This document shows positions 62,301-64,000 of a stretch of DNA of 64,000 nt, piece after piece. The position numbers were made by a program, and so were the translations under genes. Under the pieces are notes generated by a model. That model did no database searches, was not told the DNA's origin, and was given only the letters and a program-made list of their open reading frames with translations. Numbering within the stretch: position 1 is the first letter of the stretch; the number at the start of each line of letters is the position of its first letter. This stretch comes from Haplodiscus bocki (taxonomy: Eukaryota): positions 116,622,001 through 116,686,000 of the forward strand of contig OZ296652.1 of NCBI GenBank assembly GCA_965655095.1, given 5' to 3'.

Positions 62301-62368
62301 CATTTCCCGGCTTATTTCTCCTAATTGGTTAAAATAGGCTGTAAATTGTTCTTGTTGTTTTAATTTTA

Positions 62369-62610
62369 CTAGCCTGGTTCTAATCGTCCACCAGGAGACA
62401 GAACTTTGAGTTTCATAATAGCGTCATTTTCTTTCTGTAGTGTTTTGTAATAAGTGCCCATCTTGGCGACTGCTTTGATTTTGTTCTTAACTATTTCTCG
62501 TCGTTCAGCTGTCATGTGTTTCGGAGAAGATGTTGGGTCCTGATCATCTTTCAGCTCTTCTTCAGTGCACACGTTCAACATGCTCACCAAGATCTCATTC
62601 ACCTTCTCAC
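62369..62610 (-). CDS. PPP3C-like: Exon of a divergent calcineurin A (PP2B catalytic subunit) gene: end of the CnB-binding helix plus the calmodulin-binding domain
   Basis: GEKVNEILVSMLNVCTEEEL..RREIVKNKIKAVAKMGTYYKTLQKENDAIMKLKVLSPGGRLEPG aligns with CnA [64 protein letters not shown]. The acceptor ttgctgacag| lies where homology starts (exon begins 62610, phase 1). The 3' end is ambiguous: GC donor after 62374, GT donor after 62370, or TAG stop 62371-62369. Confidence 0.9.
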
Positions 62611-64000
62611 CTGTCAGCAAATTCAACATCCAACCATTGTTCCTTTTTTTATCCTTTTGTGAAAAATCATTTTTATGATTCGAAAAGCAAACGTTATATT
62701 TTTTTAGTCTTGTCTTTACAGGGAGCTTTGAAATATTAATGTTTTTGCACTACTAGATGACAGACCATTCGATAGAGCTGCGTTTTTTGACATTTTTTTG
62801 TCTTGAACACTTTTTTGGCCAGTTATCGCAAAAACAAACCAAAAATTTCCGACTTTTGTTCCGAACTTCTCGAGTCAACTTTTCTGTTTCCTGCGACTGA
62901 CGGTACTTTCAATCAGGTCTGCAGTTGTTTCCAAGTCAACTTCAGAAGCACCAGTTTGTTTCAAGTTTCTAAATTTGATGTTTTTGACTAATAATGGCGT
63001 CTTTTTCATGAAAAAAAAATTTTTTACACAGTGTGACAAAGATAGAATATGTAATCAAACCGGCCTATGTCCCGTTTTTTTGTTTTGTTCAAAACGTGCT
63101 TTTTGAAAGTCATCATATGGTCTAGTGGTGTAAATTGCACGTTCAAAAACGACCTTTATTGAGACATTTAGCTGGTAATTGTTTGCTTTCGCGTCTGAAA
63201 ACTGCTAATTACATTGATCTGACGAAGGAACATTAGTATCTTAATACACCATTTTTGCATATCAAGACTTTGCAAATAATACAATGTAACAGGTACTTGT
63301 TCTTTTTCGCGCTGTATACTGTGCGAATTTCTCAAACATTGGGCTGCGAAATGGCGTTACTTAAAACGTTATGATTGACAGATAACCTTTTCGAGTATGA
63401 CACCCTGTATCAGTTACTTCACTTGTCTCAACTAGATGAAAGTACGACTTTACTTTGCAAAAATACGCAATTCTAAAACTCTGTCAAATCAACCTTTTAT
63501 ACGATCATTTCCAAATTAATAAAACCAAAGGAAAAATTGAACATCAATCACATCTCGAATGACTAGGGTACACATCCAATTTACACAACAGACCACAATT
63601 TTGGTTCGTCATTTGGAAAGCAAAGATAAAGGGATACCAATTTTTGCATAGTTGAAAACATAATCATTGGCAGACAGAGCATGGACAGGAAAAAAAGGTG
63701 ACCTGTTCTTCTGATGTCAAATAGAGCTTTGGGTTCAATTCTACATCATGTGGGAAAAATTGCTTTGATATAGTCATAATTCAAACTAATGCGACTACTA
63801 GACGTTAATAAAACGTCAACTTCAAGCACGAAGAACTTCGGGAAAGAACATTTTGGACAAAAGTAGCAAAAACAAAAATTTCTTAGAAGCTTTCGAAGAG
63901 TATGGTGGTGTTTCTCTGAAAAAACTCCGACAAATACAACTAAAATAAGAAATCGTCTTTTTGACCAATTTTTCCATTTATTTGAGAATTTCGGAATTTT

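Overview
Repeat-dominated eukaryotic, animal-like DNA with almost no intact protein-coding sequence; nearly all entries in the ORF track are by-products of two satellites. Left to right: 1.7 kb of unassigned sequence; a ~16 kb degenerate (TAGG)n array with hidden internal duplications, capped by a pure (TAG)16; a 5'-truncated dead non-LTR retrotransposon with an (ACA)n tail; a 121-bp tandem repeat around an assembly gap next to a tRNA-Gln-like relic; a probable Gypsy gag fragment; a frameshifted, intronless, very divergent ribosomal protein uS5/RPS2 homologue; a second ~16 kb satellite of 27-bp monomers (stop-free in all six frames, with 650/1214/1385/3333-bp higher-order duplications); running directly into it, a nearly complete but fully pseudogenised Polinton/Maverick (adintovirus-like) endogenous virus on the minus strand (pPolB, protease, major and minor capsid, core protein, integrase, packaging ATPase, accessory genes); a tRNA-like relic and a foldback element; and one exon of a divergent calcineurin A gene. 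Best leads: the satellite sitting where the Polinton terminal repeat should be, the divergent RPS2 relic beside it, and the calcineurin exon that either stops before the autoinhibitory domain or opens a >60 kb satellite-filled intron. All family calls come from manual translation and motif recognition, not database searches. Boundaries of degenerate features are approximate (tens of bp).
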